DNA from: a virus
DNA length: 33,065 bases
Direction: 5' to 3' (one strand)
IMG/VR virus record: IMGVR_UViG_3300045988_166555
The notes under the pieces were generated by a model, which worked only from the letters and a program-made list of their open reading frames with translations, was not told where the DNA came from and made no database searches. A program made the position numbers and the translations under genes. Below are positions 19,658-27,749 of this stretch, piece by piece. Within the stretch, counting starts at the first letter, position 1. Each line of letters opens with the position of its first letter.

Positions 19658-20965
19658 CTAGCCTCCCACATTTTCAAATTTCATTTGCTTTTTATTAAAT
19701 TCAATTCTGACTGTCCCAGTTGGTCCATTTCTTTGTTTTGCAACTATAACATCAACGTTTATTATTTTTAACTTATTTTTTTCATCATCAGCTATATATA
19801 GAAAAATAACATTATCTGCATCTTGTTCTAAGCTTCCACTCTCTCTTAAGTCTGCTAAAATTGGTGTTTTTCTTTTTTCTGTCTCTCTGTTAAGCTGGCA
19901 CAAAGCCACTATTGGAATATCTAGTTTTTTAGTTAATAGTTTTAGTCTTCTACTTATGTCTGCAACTTCCTGTTCTCTATTGCTAAACTTATTTTTGCTT
20001 TTTAGTAATTGTAAATAGTCAATTACTATTAATCCTAAATTCTTTTCATTTTTTAATTGCATTGCTTTACTTTCTATTTCTTGTATTGTAGAAACCTTCG
20101 AGTCTATACACATTTTAAATTCTGATATTTCCCCTGCTGCTTTTCCTATTTCAGCAAAATTTTCTTCTGTAAGCCAGCCCATTCTCAAAACGTGACTATC
20201 AATATCTGCTTTTCGTGCTATCATTCTATTTCCAAGTTGTTTTTCACTCATTTCTAGGCTAACAAAATATGTATAAATATTCTTCTTTGCAATATGCTCT
20301 GCCATCTGCAATGCAAAAGATGTTTTTCCCACTCCTGGTCTTGCTGCTATAATTGTAAGTTCTTGTTCGTGTAATCCTTCGATTATTCTATCTAAATCAA
20401 GATACCCCGTTCTATAACTGTAATCATCTCTTTTTTTATATTTTTTTTCTATATCTTGCACTGTTTCAAGCATTACATCAGACATTTCCTTTTCTTCATT
20501 TTTTTGTGTAGTTTTTAAGTTCAAGAACTCTTGAATTGCTGCATTTTTAACATCTAAATCATCTTTTTCTATGTCTACTTGTTCCGCTTCTTTTATTATT
20601 TTCTTTGCAACATCTTGTATTTTTCTTCTCATACTTAGGCTTTTTATAATTCTAAAAGTATTTTCTATATTGCAAGAAAATGGTAATGTATCAGTTATAG
20701 AAACAACTGTTTCCAAAAGAGCTTGTCCATTGTATTTTTTATTAATTCCTGCTGTTCGTATTGAAACTAGATCTATGTTTTGCTCTTTGTCTTTCAATTC
20801 TTTTATTAGCTCAAAAATTTTCTGATTTGTTTTATAATAAAAATCTTCTACATTTAGCTTGTCTATATATTTTGCATTATCTGTATCGGTTATTATTTCT
20901 GCAATTATATTTTCTTCCGCTTCCTTGCAGGCTATCAAAGTTTCATCGGTTTTATACATTTTCAA
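19658..20965 (-). CDS. dnaB: Replicative DNA helicase, DnaB family
   Basis: 435 aa. Walker A 'ARPGVGKTSFALQMA' and the DnaB C-terminal RecA-like domain are recognisable. Confidence 0.85.
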   Translation of the reverse strand: MKMYKTDETLIACKEAEENIIAEIITDTDNAKYIDKLNVEDFYYKTNQKIFELIKELKDKEQNIDLVSIRTAGINKKYNGQALLETVVSITDTLPFSCNIENTFRIIKSLSMRRKIQDVAKKIIKEAEQVDIEKDDLDVKNAAIQEFLNLKTTQKNEEKEMSDVMLETVQDIEKKYKKRDDYSYRTGYLDLDRIIEGLHEQELTIIAARPGVGKTSFALQMAEHIAKKNIYTYFVSLEMSEKQLGNRMIARKADIDSHVLRMGWLTEENFAEIGKAAGEISEFKMCIDSKVSTIQEIESKAMQLKNEKNLGLIVIDYLQLLKSKNKFSNREQEVADISRRLKLLTKKLDIPIVALCQLNRETEKRKTPILADLRESGSLEQDADNVIFLYIADDEKNKLKIINVDVIVAKQRNGPTGTVRIEFNKKQMKFENVGG

Positions 20966-21734
20966 ACCTCCTGCTCATTTCAATATATTCATCGACTGTT
21001 TCTGCATCTTCATCTTGTTTCTGTTTTTTAGCATTTTGATTCAAGTAGCTTTCAAATTTGTTTCCAAAAAGTGTTTCTGGTCTCAAATATTGTTCCATTT
21101 TCTTATCGTTTAACCACTCTGTTGTTTTAGTATCAATTACTATTCTAAAATCCTCTACAGAAAATCCTTCGTTAAGTCTTGCATTTATTAGAGATTTTGT
21201 TTTTTTGCTTGATGATTTAAAATTTTTAGAAGTTTTTTTGTTTAGATAGTCTATTATATAATTATAATTTTGATTATTCTTATTATTTGATTGTTCTTCT
21301 TCTTGTTCTTGTTCTTCTTCTTCTTGCGTATGTGTATCCATACCGTATATATACGGTATGCAAATGCTATATATGTAGTCTTTAAACTCTTTATTTTTCA
21401 AGTCTTTAAGCTCTTTTTCAATACAAGCTCGTACTTTGGGGCTAGATGTCCAGTTATACTTGTACCAATTTAAAACTAATAGCTCTTTTGTTTTTTTCGA
21501 GTACTTTGCAACTTTTAATTTTTTATCAAATCTGTCTATCAATTTTTTTATACATTCTTCTGTGTATCCTGTTTCTTTTGAAATATCTCTTATGCTAATT
21601 TCGTAACAACCTACCTGGTTAGTATGTGGATTACTTAATAAGTAAAGCATGAAATATCTATCTTCTGCTGTCATTTCATCTATTACTTTAGTATCATTCC
21701 AAAAGGAAACATGTAAATTTCTATAAATAGCCAT
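20952..21734 (-). CDS. Phage replisome organiser. N-terminal Phage_rep_org_N-like domain plus DnaD-like C-terminal domain. Contains an internal poly-Glu linker
   Basis: 'MAIYRNLHVSFWNDTKVIDEMTAEDRYFMLYLLSNPHTNQVGCYEISIRDISKETGY' is typical of the replisome-organiser N-terminus. The C-terminal part is DnaD-like. Confidence 0.65.
   Translation of the reverse strand: MAIYRNLHVSFWNDTKVIDEMTAEDRYFMLYLLSNPHTNQVGCYEISIRDISKETGYTEECIKKLIDRFDKKLKVAKYSKKTKELLVLNWYKYNWTSSPKVRACIEKELKDLKNKEFKDYIYSICIPYIYGMDTHTQEEEEQEQEEEQSNNKNNQNYNYIIDYLNKKTSKNFKSSSKKTKSLINARLNEGFSVEDFRIVIDTKTTEWLNDKKMEQYLRPETLFGNKFESYLNQNAKKQKQDEDAETVDEYIEMSRRFENV
21340..21359. repeat. Perfect 20-bp palindrome ATACCGTATATATACGGTAT inside the replisome-organiser gene, next to a (CTT/GTT)n run. 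Candidate origin element
   Basis: Read directly. The palindrome equals its own reverse complement. Confidence 0.6.
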
Positions 21735-22194
21735 TTTTATCCTCCCATTTACTGTATATTAGTTTATTTTTATCCCATTTGGCTCCATAAATGCCTTTTA
21801 AATAGTTTTCAGCTCTCAAGGTATATTCTTTACTTTGCAAACCATTATCTTGCTTTATATGGCATTCTGGGCAAGCAGTAAATATATTTTCTTCTATGCC
21901 TAAACCTCCTGAACTTCTTGGTATTAAATGTGCATTTGCAAAAAACATTGGTACTACAGCTCCACAAAATATACACCTTCTTTTATCTCTATACCAGACA
22001 GATGCTTTAACAAATTTGTCTATTTCTGTTTCTATGGTTTGTTTATGTTTTTTTCCTTTTATTTTTTCATTTTTAATATAGCTTTTTTTGTCGCATTCAT
22101 TACAACTTTGTATAGTAACTTCCTTATTTTCTAATTTGCAATACAAATATTTAACATATTTTTTTGTTCTTATTCTTAAATTTTTGCAATACAT
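21721..22194 (-). CDS. HNH endonuclease
   Basis: 'CIFCGAVV...HLIPRSSGG...NIFTACPECH' HNH motif. Confidence 0.6.
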   Translation of the reverse strand: MYCKNLRIRTKKYVKYLYCKLENKEVTIQSCNECDKKSYIKNEKIKGKKHKQTIETEIDKFVKASVWYRDKRRCIFCGAVVPMFFANAHLIPRSSGGLGIEENIFTACPECHIKQDNGLQSKEYTLRAENYLKGIYGAKWDKNKLIYSKWEDKNGYL

Positions 22195-22258
22195 TTGACA
22201 AAATTTCTCCTTTCGTGTATAATGAATATGGTTTATTTTTATAAACCTTTTGAGTTGT

Positions 22259-22456
22259 TTAATCGTGGTTGGTTGGCAACTCTATTATTTTGCCTTTTTC
22301 ATCATTTTCAATAAAGCTATCTTCATCGATAATATTCATTTCTCGCACACATATAGCTTTAGCTTTTGCTTCATCTTTGCAGTTTAAAGCCATCAAAATG
22401 TTTTTGTAATTTTCATAATGATACTCATTTGCATTTTTTCTATCTTGCTCAGACAT
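22259..22456 (-). CDS. Small hypothetical protein. Start at MSEQDRK behind the RBS AGGAGGTG
   Basis: The RBS lies 8 nt upstream of the ATG at 22456. The longer track ORF is probably over-extended at its N-terminus. Confidence 0.35.
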   Translation of the reverse strand: MSEQDRKNANEYHYENYKNILMALNCKDEAKAKAICVREMNIIDEDSFIENDEKGKIIELPTNHD

Positions 22457-22467
22457 AGTAGCACCTC

Positions 22468-22620
22468 CTATTTCATATATTTTTTTACTGCTAATATAAA
22501 TATAATTAGCAAAGTTAATGTCTTTAATATAACTTGTCCTGTTAAAGCAGCTCCACAATCAAGTTCTCCAACTTGTCCAAGTATTGCCAAAAAGCTAATT
22601 AATGCTATTATTTTTCTCAT
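22468..22620 (-). CDS. Small hydrophobic (membrane or secreted) protein, 50 aa. Not in the track
   Basis: Strong RBS AAAGGGGGAAAATCAA then ATG. 'MRKIIALISFLAILGQVGELDCGAALTGQVILKTLTLLIIFILAVKKYMK'. The plus-strand ORF 22418..22624 is probably antisense noise. Confidence 0.3.
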   Translation of the reverse strand: MRKIIALISFLAILGQVGELDCGAALTGQVILKTLTLLIIFILAVKKYMK

Positions 22621-22636
22621 TTGATTTTCCCCCTTT

Positions 22637-22921
22637 CTAAACAACCCTGTTCAACTCCAGATTAATTTTTCTTTTCTGGAAGTCAACATTAATTGTTTTG
22701 CTCTTTGTCTTTCTTTTAATAGTTTTTATTTCTAAAGTGTCTTGTGCTAATTGTTTTTGCGTTTCAACAAATTCTTTAATGTCTTGTATGTCAAATCTGT
22801 AATCTCTTGCTCCAACTTTAAAACATTTTAGCCCTTGCCTTCTAAACTTATGTATTGTTCTATTGTCTTTTACTCTAAAAAATTGTTTTGTTTCCTCTAT
22901 TGTTAATAAATGTTGTTCCAT
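22637..22921 (-). CDS. Helix-turn-helix DNA-binding protein (excisionase / HTH_17-like). Start at MEQHLL behind the RBS AAGGAGG
   Basis: 'LLTIEETKQFFRVKDNRTIHKFRRQGLKCFKVGARDYRFDIQDIKEFV' resembles Xis/MerR-type HTH. Confidence 0.45.
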   Translation of the reverse strand: MEQHLLTIEETKQFFRVKDNRTIHKFRRQGLKCFKVGARDYRFDIQDIKEFVETQKQLAQDTLEIKTIKRKTKSKTINVDFQKRKINLELNRVV

Positions 22922-22933
22922 CTTAACCTCCTT

Positions 22934-23281
22934 GCACAATATTTTGTGCTTATTTGTTAAAAAAAATTGTTGGGACTGTATATCCTAATGCACTTGCAAT
23001 CTTGTTCATAACTTCATAGGTAGCATTAAAATTATTTTGTGTTTCCAATGAAGATATTGTATTTCTTGACACCGTTGATTTTTGTGCAAGTTCCTGCTGA
23101 GTTAATCCGGCTTTTTCTCTATAATATTTAAGTTTATTCCCCATTTTGCACCTCCTGCTTTTTGCACAATATTTTGTGCTTATGTATATATTATATATAT
23201 TTTTTATCATTTGTCAAGTATTTTGTGCAAATTTCTAAAAATTTTTTTATTCATATTGATTTTTTGCACAATGTATTGTAC
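22934..23281. promoter_or_regulatory. Divergent cI/cro promoter-operator region. It has repeated operator palindromes GCACAA-N4-TTGTGC at 22934-22949 and 23164-23179, a half-site at 23224-23229 and a variant at 23266-23281
   Basis: Two exact 22-bp copies of TTGCACAATATTTTGTGCTTAT plus degenerate copies flank the cro-like gene and lie in the cI-cro intergenic region. Confidence 0.55.
22950..23144 (-). CDS. cro: Cro-like XRE-family HTH regulator (64 aa, start MGNKLKYY)
   Basis: 'LKYYREKAGLTQQELAQKSTVSRNTISSLETQ' is an HTH_3 motif. Divergent from the cI-like gene. RBS GGAGG. Confidence 0.65.
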   Translation of the reverse strand: MGNKLKYYREKAGLTQQELAQKSTVSRNTISSLETQNNFNATYEVMNKIASALGYTVPTIFFNK

Positions 23282-23298
23282 AATAGAAGTATTGAAAG

Positions 23299-23970
23299 GT
23301 GTTGAAAAATATGTATATTGGAGAAATTATAAAAGATTATAGATTAAAAAATAAATTATCTCAAAGAACTTTTGCTAGCAGAACAAGTTTAAGTCCTTCC
23401 TATATAAACACACTAGAAAAAGTTTTTAACCCGAAAAACGGAAAACCCTATTCTGTTACCACAAGTGTTGCTCTCGAACTTTCACAAGCTATGAACATAA
23501 CAATAGAGGAATTACTTTCAAAATTAAATGAAGACCAAGAATTTACTTTAAATGAAAAGGAAAAAGGAGCAAAGTATTATATGTGTCCTGTGTATGGAAG
23601 AATAAGTGCAGGACAACCTAACTGGGCAGAAGAATGTATAGAGGGTAGAATACCTATTGATCCAGATTTGATGAATATTACAGAACCAGAAGAATGTTTT
23701 TTCTTGAAAGTAAACGGTGAAAGTATGAATAAAGAAATAAAAAATGGTGCTTATGCTCTTATTAGAAAAACTGATGTAGTTGAAAACGGAGATATTGCTG
23801 TTGTATTGGTAAATGGATATGATGCTACTTTAAAAAAATTCACTAAAAACGGAGATGTTGTTGTATTAGAACCAATGAGTAATGACCCAAGTTTTCAAAC
23901 ACAAATATATACTAAGGAAACGCCTATAAAAATTATAGGAAAATACATTGGTAAAATGGAGATGAAATAA
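23299..23970 (+). CDS. CI/LexA-like repressor with an N-terminal XRE HTH and a C-terminal S24 peptidase domain
   Basis: The HTH is 'LSQRTFASRTSLSPSYINTLE'. The Ala-Gly cleavage site is in 'RISAGQPN'. The Ser nucleophile is in 'VNGESM' and the Lys is in 'ATLKKF'. Confidence 0.8.
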   Translation: MLKNMYIGEIIKDYRLKNKLSQRTFASRTSLSPSYINTLEKVFNPKNGKPYSVTTSVALELSQAMNITIEELLSKLNEDQEFTLNEKEKGAKYYMCPVYGRISAGQPNWAEECIEGRIPIDPDLMNITEPEECFFLKVNGESMNKEIKNGAYALIRKTDVVENGDIAVVLVNGYDATLKKFTKNGDVVVLEPMSNDPSFQTQIYTKETPIKIIGKYIGKMEMK

Positions 23971-23971
23971 A

Positions 23972-24796
23972 ATGAGTGAAAATGATCAATACAACAAATT
24001 TATGAATAATTATTTTTTCGTAGATGAGTCTGGAGATACAATATTTTATGATAGAAAAGGTAATTGGATAGTAGGAAATGAAAATGGTTCATCAAAAATT
24101 TTACTTATGGGATTTATAAGAACAACTGAACCTGAGTTTTTAAGAAAGAAATTAAATGAACTAAGAGCAGTTTTAATTAACGATGATTATTTAAAAGACA
24201 TTCCCTCTATGGAAAAGACTGCTGTTGCCTTTCACGCAAAAGATGACTGTCCTGAGGTAAGATATCATGTATTCAAACTATTAAAGGATTTACCTTTTTC
24301 TTGTAATATTGTAGTAGCAAGGAAAAGTGAAAAAATTTTTAATAAATTTAATGGAAATACTCAAGAATTGTACGACTCTTTAATTACACATTTATTTAAA
24401 AATATTTTACAATTATCTAACAATAATTATATTTACATAGCAACTCGAGGTAGTAGGAAAAGGCAAGCACCTTTAGAAGATGCAATTCACAATGCTTTAT
24501 TATACACTGAAGCAAAATTACAACATCCAATCAATTCTTCACAAAAAATTTTACCACAAACACCTTCTGGAGAAAGTTGTTTGCAAATAGTTGATTATTG
24601 TAATTGGGCAATTCAAAGAGCTTTTATAAAAAGTGATATGAGGTATTATAATTATTTAAAGGAAAAATTCGGTTTAATTGTTGATTTATACGATTTTAAA
24701 GATGGTTGGAAAAACTTTTATAATAAAAAGAATCCGTTCAATATAAATAAAATAAGCCCTTTACGGCTAGGTATAAAAAATATACTCACAGCATGA
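23972..24796 (+). CDS. DUF3800-like accessory protein (N-terminal DESG motif) between the repressor and integrase. An in-frame CGG (24765-24767) lies 10 codons from the stop
   Basis: 'YFFVDESGDT' near the N-terminus matches the DUF3800 signature. The position is typical of lysogeny-expressed accessory or defence genes. Confidence 0.4.
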   Translation: MSENDQYNKFMNNYFFVDESGDTIFYDRKGNWIVGNENGSSKILLMGFIRTTEPEFLRKKLNELRAVLINDDYLKDIPSMEKTAVAFHAKDDCPEVRYHVFKLLKDLPFSCNIVVARKSEKIFNKFNGNTQELYDSLITHLFKNILQLSNNNYIYIATRGSRKRQAPLEDAIHNALLYTEAKLQHPINSSQKILPQTPSGESCLQIVDYCNWAIQRAFIKSDMRYYNYLKEKFGLIVDLYDFKDGWKNFYNKKNPFNINKISPLRLGIKNILTA

Positions 24797-24960
24797 AGCT
24801 GACTTTCGCTCATAAAGGACTTATACTATTATATGCTTTCTCTTTATTATTATACTACATTTATGTTAATCAGTCAAATAATTTAATTATTATATATCAC
24901 AATAAAATTAAAAAGTCAACATTTTGTATAAAAAAATAAAATTTTTAAGGAGATGAAATA

Positions 24961-26031
24961 ATGGCAGGATATAAAAGAGAGGTTCGACCTGGTGTATGGA
25001 GATTAGAATATCAACTAGATAGTGAAAAATATAGTAAAAATGTAAAAGCAAAAAATGATAGAGAAGCAAATAAAATACTTACTTTATTCATTGCAGAAAT
25101 TGAAAAAGGTAATTATAGAAAAGATAGTGGCATGACATTTACCGAATTGGCTCAATTGTTTTTAGATAAATATGCAACAGACAATTTATCTCCCACAACT
25201 TTAGCTGATTATAAAAACAGATTAAACAAATATATCTGTAAAGAAATTGGAAGTACCAAGATAAATAAGCTTAAAAGGCTTCAGGTTCAAGAATTAGCCA
25301 ATAAATTAGTTAAAGAATATAATTTATCTTCTAAAACAGTAAAAAACAATATAGCACTAGTTTCATCGATTTTAAGCAAAGGTATAGAGTGGGATTATTT
25401 AGACTATAATGTTGCAGATAAAATTTCTATCCCAAAAAATTTTGAAAAACAAAAAAAGAAAGTTGTTTTATATTCATATGATGAGACTAAAGCTTTTCTA
25501 AAATGTTTAGAAAAATTAGAAAATGAAGAATTACAAATCGCAATATATACTTCTTTCTATACTGGTGCAAGACGTGGAGAAGTTATGGCATTAACATTTG
25601 AAGATTATAATTTTAAAAGATGTAGTATTGACTTTAATAAAAACAAGGTAAAAATAACTGGAGGAACTCAGGAAAAAGACATAAAAAATGGGAAAAATAG
25701 ATTATTTTATGTACCTACAACATATATTAACAAAATTAAAAAGTATTATGCCCACCTGGGGAAACCTAAAAAGGATTCAAAACTTTTTAATATGCACCCA
25801 GACACTTTTTCCAAGAAATTTAAAGAATTTTTAAAAGAAAATAATTTAAGAAATATAAACTTAAAAGATTTGAGAGCGTTGAACGAAAGTATTTTAGTAA
25901 ATAAAGGATTAGATGTGGTAAGTGTAGCAAAAAGATTGGGGCATTTGCCTTCTACAGCAACTAATTATTATTTAGACCAAATACCAGAAGAAGACAAAAA
26001 AGCAAGCGAAATTTTAGAAAACTTGTTTTAA
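24961..26031 (+). CDS. int: Tyrosine recombinase (phage integrase)
   Basis: 356 aa. Has an N-terminal SAM-like domain. Catalytic region contains 'GARRGEVMALTFEDY', '...KRLGH' and the C-terminal Tyr in 'TNYYL'. Adjacent to the attP tRNA fragment. Confidence 0.85.
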   Translation: MAGYKREVRPGVWRLEYQLDSEKYSKNVKAKNDREANKILTLFIAEIEKGNYRKDSGMTFTELAQLFLDKYATDNLSPTTLADYKNRLNKYICKEIGSTKINKLKRLQVQELANKLVKEYNLSSKTVKNNIALVSSILSKGIEWDYLDYNVADKISIPKNFEKQKKKVVLYSYDETKAFLKCLEKLENEELQIAIYTSFYTGARRGEVMALTFEDYNFKRCSIDFNKNKVKITGGTQEKDIKNGKNRLFYVPTTYINKIKKYYAHLGKPKKDSKLFNMHPDTFSKKFKEFLKENNLRNINLKDLRALNESILVNKGLDVVSVAKRLGHLPSTATNYYLDQIPEEDKKASEILENLF

Positions 26032-26045
26032 TTTTTAAGTTCTCG

Positions 26046-26067
26046 TTCGCCTAAATTTCGCCTAAAG
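26046..26067. repeat. TTCGCCTAAATTTCGCCTAAAG (two TTCGCCTRA units). One of two near-identical direct repeats bracketing the attP tRNA fragment
   Basis: Compare 26277-26296 TTCGCCTGAATTTCGCCTAG. The two share 18 of 20 bases. Confidence 0.6.
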
Positions 26068-26112
26068 CAAAAAAATAGTTTCTAGCAATCTGCTAGAAAC
26101 CTTTATTTTACT

Positions 26113-26158
26113 TGGTTGCGGGGGTAAGACTCGAACTTACGACCTCCGGGTTATGAGC
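26113..26158 (-). tRNA. 3' portion only (anticodon loop through CCA) of a tRNA-Met-like gene (CAT anticodon). This is the attP core, not a complete tRNA
   Basis: Minus strand reads CTCATAA-CCCGG-AGGTC-GTAAG-TTCGAGT-CTTAC-CCCCGCA-A-CCA. The T-arm, 3' acceptor strand and CCA are clear. There is no matching 5' half upstream. Confidence 0.6.
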
Positions 26159-26266
26159 TCCTTTAAGCGTTTGCTATTTAATTGCCTAAAGTATTCCTTC
26201 TCTTGGCGCTGTAGATATTATTTCATTTTTACAAGTGCATCAAAACGCATAAAAAAACACTTTTTT

Positions 26267-26410
26267 TCATGATTGGTTCGCCTGAATTTCGCCTAGCCAT
26301 TGTGTCAAAATTTCAATTTCCATTCTTGAAAACCACTCATTTTCTTTACCTAATTCTTTTTTTATTTTTTGATATTCATTTTCTGGAATTATTACTACAT
26401 CTTTTTCCAT
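26267..26410 (-). CDS. Possible small ORF (47 aa, MEKDVVIIPENEYQKIKKEL...) between attP and the XRE gene
   Basis: RBS AGGAGA lies 9 nt upstream of the ATG. Below the track cut-off. A palindrome AGAAACGCGTTTCT lies just upstream (26433-26446). Confidence 0.2.
   Translation of the reverse strand: MEKDVVIIPENEYQKIKKELGKENEWFSRMEIEILTQWLGEIQANQS
26277..26296. repeat. TTCGCCTGAATTTCGCCTAG, second copy of the attP-flanking direct repeat
   Basis: See the repeat at 26046-26067. Confidence 0.6.
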
Positions 26411-26580
26411 ATATATTTTTCTCCTCATAAGAGAAACGCGTTTCTAAATTTATCTTAATTATACAGCATAATTTAGCATTGTCAAGAAAAACTTTTCGAC
26501 AAATGAGTTACATAATATAGTTCGAGAAATTTTCGACAAATTGAATGTCTCAATTTTCTAGAGTTAGCTGTTTACAATAT

Positions 26581-26597
26581 GTTGCTGTCAGCAACAC
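26581..26597. promoter_or_regulatory. 17-bp palindrome TGTTGCTGTCAGCAACA in the promoter region of the XRE gene. Candidate operator
   Basis: Perfect inverted repeat GTTGCTG-a-CAGCAAC, 60 nt upstream of the XRE start. Confidence 0.4.
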
Positions 26598-26655
26598 GTA
26601 GAATTTTATAAATATTTGTTATAAAATATGGGCATACTATTTTAGGGGTAATTTT

Positions 26656-26976
26656 ATGTTTATATTCGTAATAAAAAATATTAGGGAAAGAAAAAATTTA
26701 ACTATATATAAATTAAGCAAAATGGCTGGAATAAACAGATCTTATTTAACACAACTAGAAAACAACAAAAAGTTCAATCCCAGTTTAAAAACCATGTATG
26801 CTATCGCTAAAGTATTAGACGTTAAGATAGATGACTTGTTCTATAGTGAACTGGATATAGATTCTTTAAAAGAAGAAATGTACAAGAGAATAGACCTGTA
26901 CGGGATTGGCTCTAAAGAGGTCACGGAAATAAGTCAGGTTATAGATTTATTAATAAACGTAAAATTAAAAAGCTGA
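26656..26976 (+). CDS. XRE-family HTH transcriptional regulator
   Basis: 'LTIYKLSKMAGINRSYLTQLENNKKFNPSLKTMYAIAKVLDVKIDDLF' is an HTH_3 motif. Confidence 0.6.
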   Translation: MFIFVIKNIRERKNLTIYKLSKMAGINRSYLTQLENNKKFNPSLKTMYAIAKVLDVKIDDLFYSELDIDSLKEEMYKRIDLYGIGSKEVTEISQVIDLLINVKLKS

Positions 26977-27025
26977 ATATTTTTAAAAGCTTTGAATAAA
27001 AATATTAAAAAAAGTAAAAAAAGTA

Positions 27026-27054
27026 TTGACAATACGTAACGTATTGTGTATAAT
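27026..27054 (+). promoter_or_regulatory. Consensus sigma-70 promoter for hicAB (TTGACA-17 nt-TATAAT), with the inverted repeat ATACG-TAA-CGTAT in the spacer
   Basis: TTGACA at 27026-27031, TATAAT at 27049-27054. RBS AAGGAGG precedes hicA. Confidence 0.6.
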
Positions 27055-27080
27055 AATATTTGAAAGGAGGTTAATTCATT

Positions 27081-27267
27081 ATGGATATGACTTCGAAAGA
27101 GTTAGTAAGACTCCTAAAAAAGAACGGTTGGTTCGAAGTTAAGCAAGAGGGTTCTCATCTGAGATTGAGAAAAGAACGGATTTAAGGATGTTATAATTCC
27201 GATACATAACAAAAGCTTATCAAAGGGTTTACTAACAACACTACTTAAGCAGACAGGGCTAAAATAA
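27081..27267 (+). CDS. hicA: HicA-family mRNA-interferase toxin (61 aa). It is complete only if a +1 shift occurs at the in-frame CGG (27177-27179). It is absent from the ORF track
   Basis: 'MDMTSKELVRLLKKNGWFEVKQEGSHLRLRKE' then CGG-ATT-TAA in the zero frame. The +1 frame gives '|GFKDVIIPIHNKSLSKGLLTTLLKQTGLK*'. This is the canonical HicA C-terminus (VxxPxH...L..GTL..ILKQAGL). Confidence 0.7.
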
Positions 27268-27308
27268 TAGCCCTCCTGTCCTTATATCTATAATGAAAGG
27301 ATGCAAAA

Positions 27309-27716
27309 ATGAAAAAAAGTTTATTATTAACTTATCCAGCAATTTTTACGAAAGAAGGTGATTCTTACTGGGTAAAATTTATTGATTTAGATGGTTGTTT
27401 TTCTGATGGAAATACTTTAGCTGAAGCCATGGAAAATGCAAAAGAAGCCATGGGATTATATTTAGAAGATTGTAAAGAATATCCTGTTTGTACAACTGAT
27501 TTTTCTAATATAAAACTTGAAAAAGATCAAATTATTTCTTTTGTTAGTATTAATATGGAAGAACACAAGAAAAAATATGAAACAAAATCAGTAAAGAAAA
27601 CTTTATCTATTCCAGCATGGTTAAATACTATGGCTGAAAATAATAATATTAATTTTTCACAATTATTACAAATGGCTTTAATGGAAAAATTAAATATTGA
27701 CAATGTAAAAAAATAA
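27309..27716 (+). CDS. hicB: HicB-family antitoxin
   Basis: 135 aa. N-terminal HicB/UPF0150 fold-like region ('YPAIFTKEGDSYWVKFIDLDGCFSDGNTLAEAMENAKEAMGLYLE') plus a C-terminal DNA-binding tail. Immediately downstream of hicA. Confidence 0.65.
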   Translation: MKKSLLLTYPAIFTKEGDSYWVKFIDLDGCFSDGNTLAEAMENAKEAMGLYLEDCKEYPVCTTDFSNIKLEKDQIISFVSINMEEHKKKYETKSVKKTLSIPAWLNTMAENNNINFSQLLQMALMEKLNIDNVKK

Positions 27717-27749
27717 TGTTATAATATATGTATCTATAATGAGTTAACC

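Noticed and set aside
22418-22624. Plus-strand ORF 22418..22624 (68 aa)
   Set aside because: Antisense to two minus-strand small ORFs that have strong RBSs (22259..22456 and 22468..22620) and fit the operon direction
26100-26190. A complete tRNA gene at the integrase-proximal end
   Set aside because: Only the 3' half (anticodon loop to CCA) is present. The sequence upstream of the anticodon loop cannot form an anticodon stem, a D-arm or a 5' acceptor strand. It is treated as the attP core fragment
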